Shown: piece after piece, positions 62,575-64,000 of the stretch
Layout: the number at the start of each line of letters is the position of its first letter
Position numbering within the stretch: position 1 is the first letter of the stretch
IMG/VR virus record: IMGVR_UViG_3300048893_000079
Coordinates: 18,528 to 82,527 of that record
Direction: 5' to 3' (one strand)
DNA: 64,000 nucleotides
DNA from: a virus
Taxonomy: Duplodnaviria > Caudoviricetes
Program-made: the position numbers and the translations under genes
Notes under the pieces: generated by a model
Told to the model about the DNA's origin: nothing
The model's database searches: none
The model's input: the letters and a program-made list of their open reading frames with translations, nothing else

Positions 62575-63543
62575 CTAGGGCGTCTGCCCGAAGTAGTGTT
62601 TTGGCCTGTTTTTCGAACGAATTTGGTCGCGCATCTTGCCAAGCTCGGCGATCAACCGGTCCAGTTCCGGCGCCGTAGCGGTGTAGCCGGTCGCATAGCC
62701 CTTGCTGTCCCACAGCGATCCGGCCTTGATCTCGGCGACCGCGCCCATGGGTTCCTGCTTGATCGTGATGTTGAAAATGCTCACAGTGCCTCTCCCGTCA
62801 GCTTCTCCCACCGACGCATCATCTTTTGCAGGCGCGTAACGTCCGCCCGGACGATCTCCAGCACGCGTCGCCCGTGCAACGACTTCACCCGGTTCTTCGC
62901 CTTGTCGTGCGCCAGCACCATCTTGTCGAGTGCTCCATCGACCAGTCCGTGTGCCGTGGCGTCGCCCATCAAGTCGGCCTGTGTCAGACCGTACATCGGA
63001 TGCTTCGGTTTCAGGATCGGCTTTGCCATCGTTCGGTCCTTTCAGAATGTCGTCAACAACCTTCTGCTTGGACTGTAGCGCACGCCAAACTCGTTCGTCA
63101 ATCTCACCGGCCTCCTCCGTGAACGTCACCGTGTCGCCTTCCGCGATCCGGTGTTGGTTCTCGCGTATCCACGCGTCGTGCTCCCAGTAGCTCTTCCCGC
63201 CGTGGTACGCGCGCCACAACCGTTCGCGCTTGACGTGCGGCTTCGCCCACTCCGGGATTTCGCCGTAGCGAGCCATGACGCGGCGCTCGATCTCGTTGAA
63301 GTCCAGGTCCGTGATCCGAAATTTCTGGCCATGCCGCTTCTGCAATCGCGCGATCTCTTCGTGTATACGCGTGCCGTGCTCGGCGAAGGATTTGCTGTCC
63401 AGCGCGTTGACGTGCATGTGAACATGATGGTTCCTCGGCTCGTACAGGAACCGAAGATTGTCACCGGCCTTGAACTCCTTGATCGTCTGCTCGCCGTCAA
63501 CCGGTCGGCCAAACTCGTCGATTTTGATCGTGTAGTCGGTCAT
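62575..63543 (-). CDS. Hypothetical protein that reads through a nested gene; its last 69 codons (62575..62784) probably also have their own GTG start
   Basis: Continuous 322-aa frame. N-terminal part includes DLDFNEIERRV and YHGG. Confidence 0.55.
   Translation of the reverse strand: MTDYTIKIDEFGRPVDGEQTIKEFKAGDNLRFLYEPRNHHVHMHVNALDSKSFAEHGTRIHEEIARLQKRHGQKFRITDLDFNEIERRVMARYGEIPEWAKPHVKRERLWRAYHGGKSYWEHDAWIRENQHRIAEGDTVTFTEEAGEIDERVWRALQSKQKVVDDILKGPNDGKADPETEASDVRSDTGRLDGRRHGTRTGRWSTRQDGAGARQGEEPGEVVARATRAGDRPGGRYAPAKDDASVGEADGRGTVSIFNITIKQEPMGAVAEIKAGSLWDSKGYATGYTATAPELDRLIAELGKMRDQIRSKNRPKHYFGQTP
62781..63029 (-). CDS. Hypothetical protein nested in another frame of 62575..63543
   Basis: AAAGGA SD, ATG 63029; its stop overlaps GTG at 62784. 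Confidence 0.65.
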   Translation of the reverse strand: MAKPILKPKHPMYGLTQADLMGDATAHGLVDGALDKMVLAHDKAKNRVKSLHGRRVLEIVRADVTRLQKMMRRWEKLTGEAL

Positions 63544-63884
63544 GGTGCCCTGTCCAATGGTTCGAACGAATGCGCGCGCTCGATTTGCCGCTTACGCCAC
63601 GCTAGGTGTGCTTCGCCGTTGTGCTTGCGCATCCATGACGGCCAGTATGTGCGGTACACGCGGAGATGTTTCAGCCGAAGCTTCAACCATTCCCGGCAGA
63701 AGTGCAACAACGCGGAGTAGACATGATCGGCGTAGTTGTGCGCGGCGGCGTAGTTGCCCTCCATGTAAAGATCGGCAGAGCGGTCTAGCGCGGCGGCGTA
63801 GTTGCGCATGTCCGCAGCATTGGCGCGGAGCTTGCGTGCCGTCACCGTGGCAACGCTCTTGCTCTTCGGCGTGTACTGGCTCAC
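63540..63884 (-). CDS. Hypothetical protein
   Basis: ATGA coupling downstream. Confidence 0.6.
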   Translation of the reverse strand: MSQYTPKSKSVATVTARKLRANAADMRNYAAALDRSADLYMEGNYAAAHNYADHVYSALLHFCREWLKLRLKHLRVYRTYWPSWMRKHNGEAHLAWRKRQIERAHSFEPLDRAP

Positions 63885-63885
63885 G

Positions 63886-63960
63886 TCAGAACACGCACAG
63901 AATGAGAATGAACGCTATGACGGCGTAGAACATCACGTGATGCTCGGTTGGTGCTTTCAC
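63886..63960 (-). CDS. 24-aa hydrophobic peptide
   Basis: AGGAGAAGGAG SD, GTG start. Confidence 0.45.
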   Translation of the reverse strand: MKAPTEHHVMFYAVIAFILILCVF

Positions 63961-64000
63961 TTTACGGCTCCTTCTCCTGCGACGGCTCACGATTCGTCTC

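Noticed and set aside
14038-63543. Alternative genetic code to explain several run-on overlaps
   Set aside because: No common codon sits at the expected ends, and TAA, TGA and TAG all end well-supported genes.
1-64000. Integrase, repressor, CRISPR array, reverse transcriptase/DGR, introns or inteins
   Set aside because: No supporting motifs or repeats seen; terL, pol and primase are uninterrupted. Lifestyle cannot be settled because the genome extends beyond the window.

Overview
The window holds most of a GC-rich, long-tailed (siphovirus-type) dsDNA phage genome. The host is most likely alphaproteobacterial: there is a GapR homologue and a gene-transfer-agent-like distal tail module. The + strand (about 0-35.4 kb) carries small hypothetical genes, a promoter-led ncRNA plus two tRNAs (Met-CAT, Asn-GTT), terL, a minimal protein kinase, portal, an HslV/proteasome-like Ntn protease, terS, scaffold, a YuA/RDJL-type major capsid protein, neck, tail and tape-measure genes, DUF2460/DUF2163/NlpC-P60/host-specificity tail tip genes, fibre genes and a holin/GH108 endolysin/Rz-Rz1 lysis cassette. 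The - strand (35.4-56.1 kb and 59.1-64 kb) carries an accessory nucleotide-metabolism/host-takeover cluster, a T5-A1-like nuclease, RuvC, family A DNA polymerase, SSB, a DUF2800 nuclease and an SNF2 helicase. A divergent + strand block holds two HTH genes and a primase-helicase. No integrase, CRISPR array or reverse transcriptase was seen. The most unusual signals are: (1) a recurring GUGAU-loop hairpin at or near the start sites of head genes, a candidate translational operator regulon; (2) a ~79-nt structured RNA with an anti-Shine-Dalgarno loop upstream of an altered initiator-like tRNA; (3) a minimal kinase between terL and portal; (4) one ~120-aa domain grafted into three virion proteins; (5) overprinted nested genes; (6) apparent genome-wide loss of many restriction-type hexamers. 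All family assignments come from motifs recognised by eye. No searches were run.
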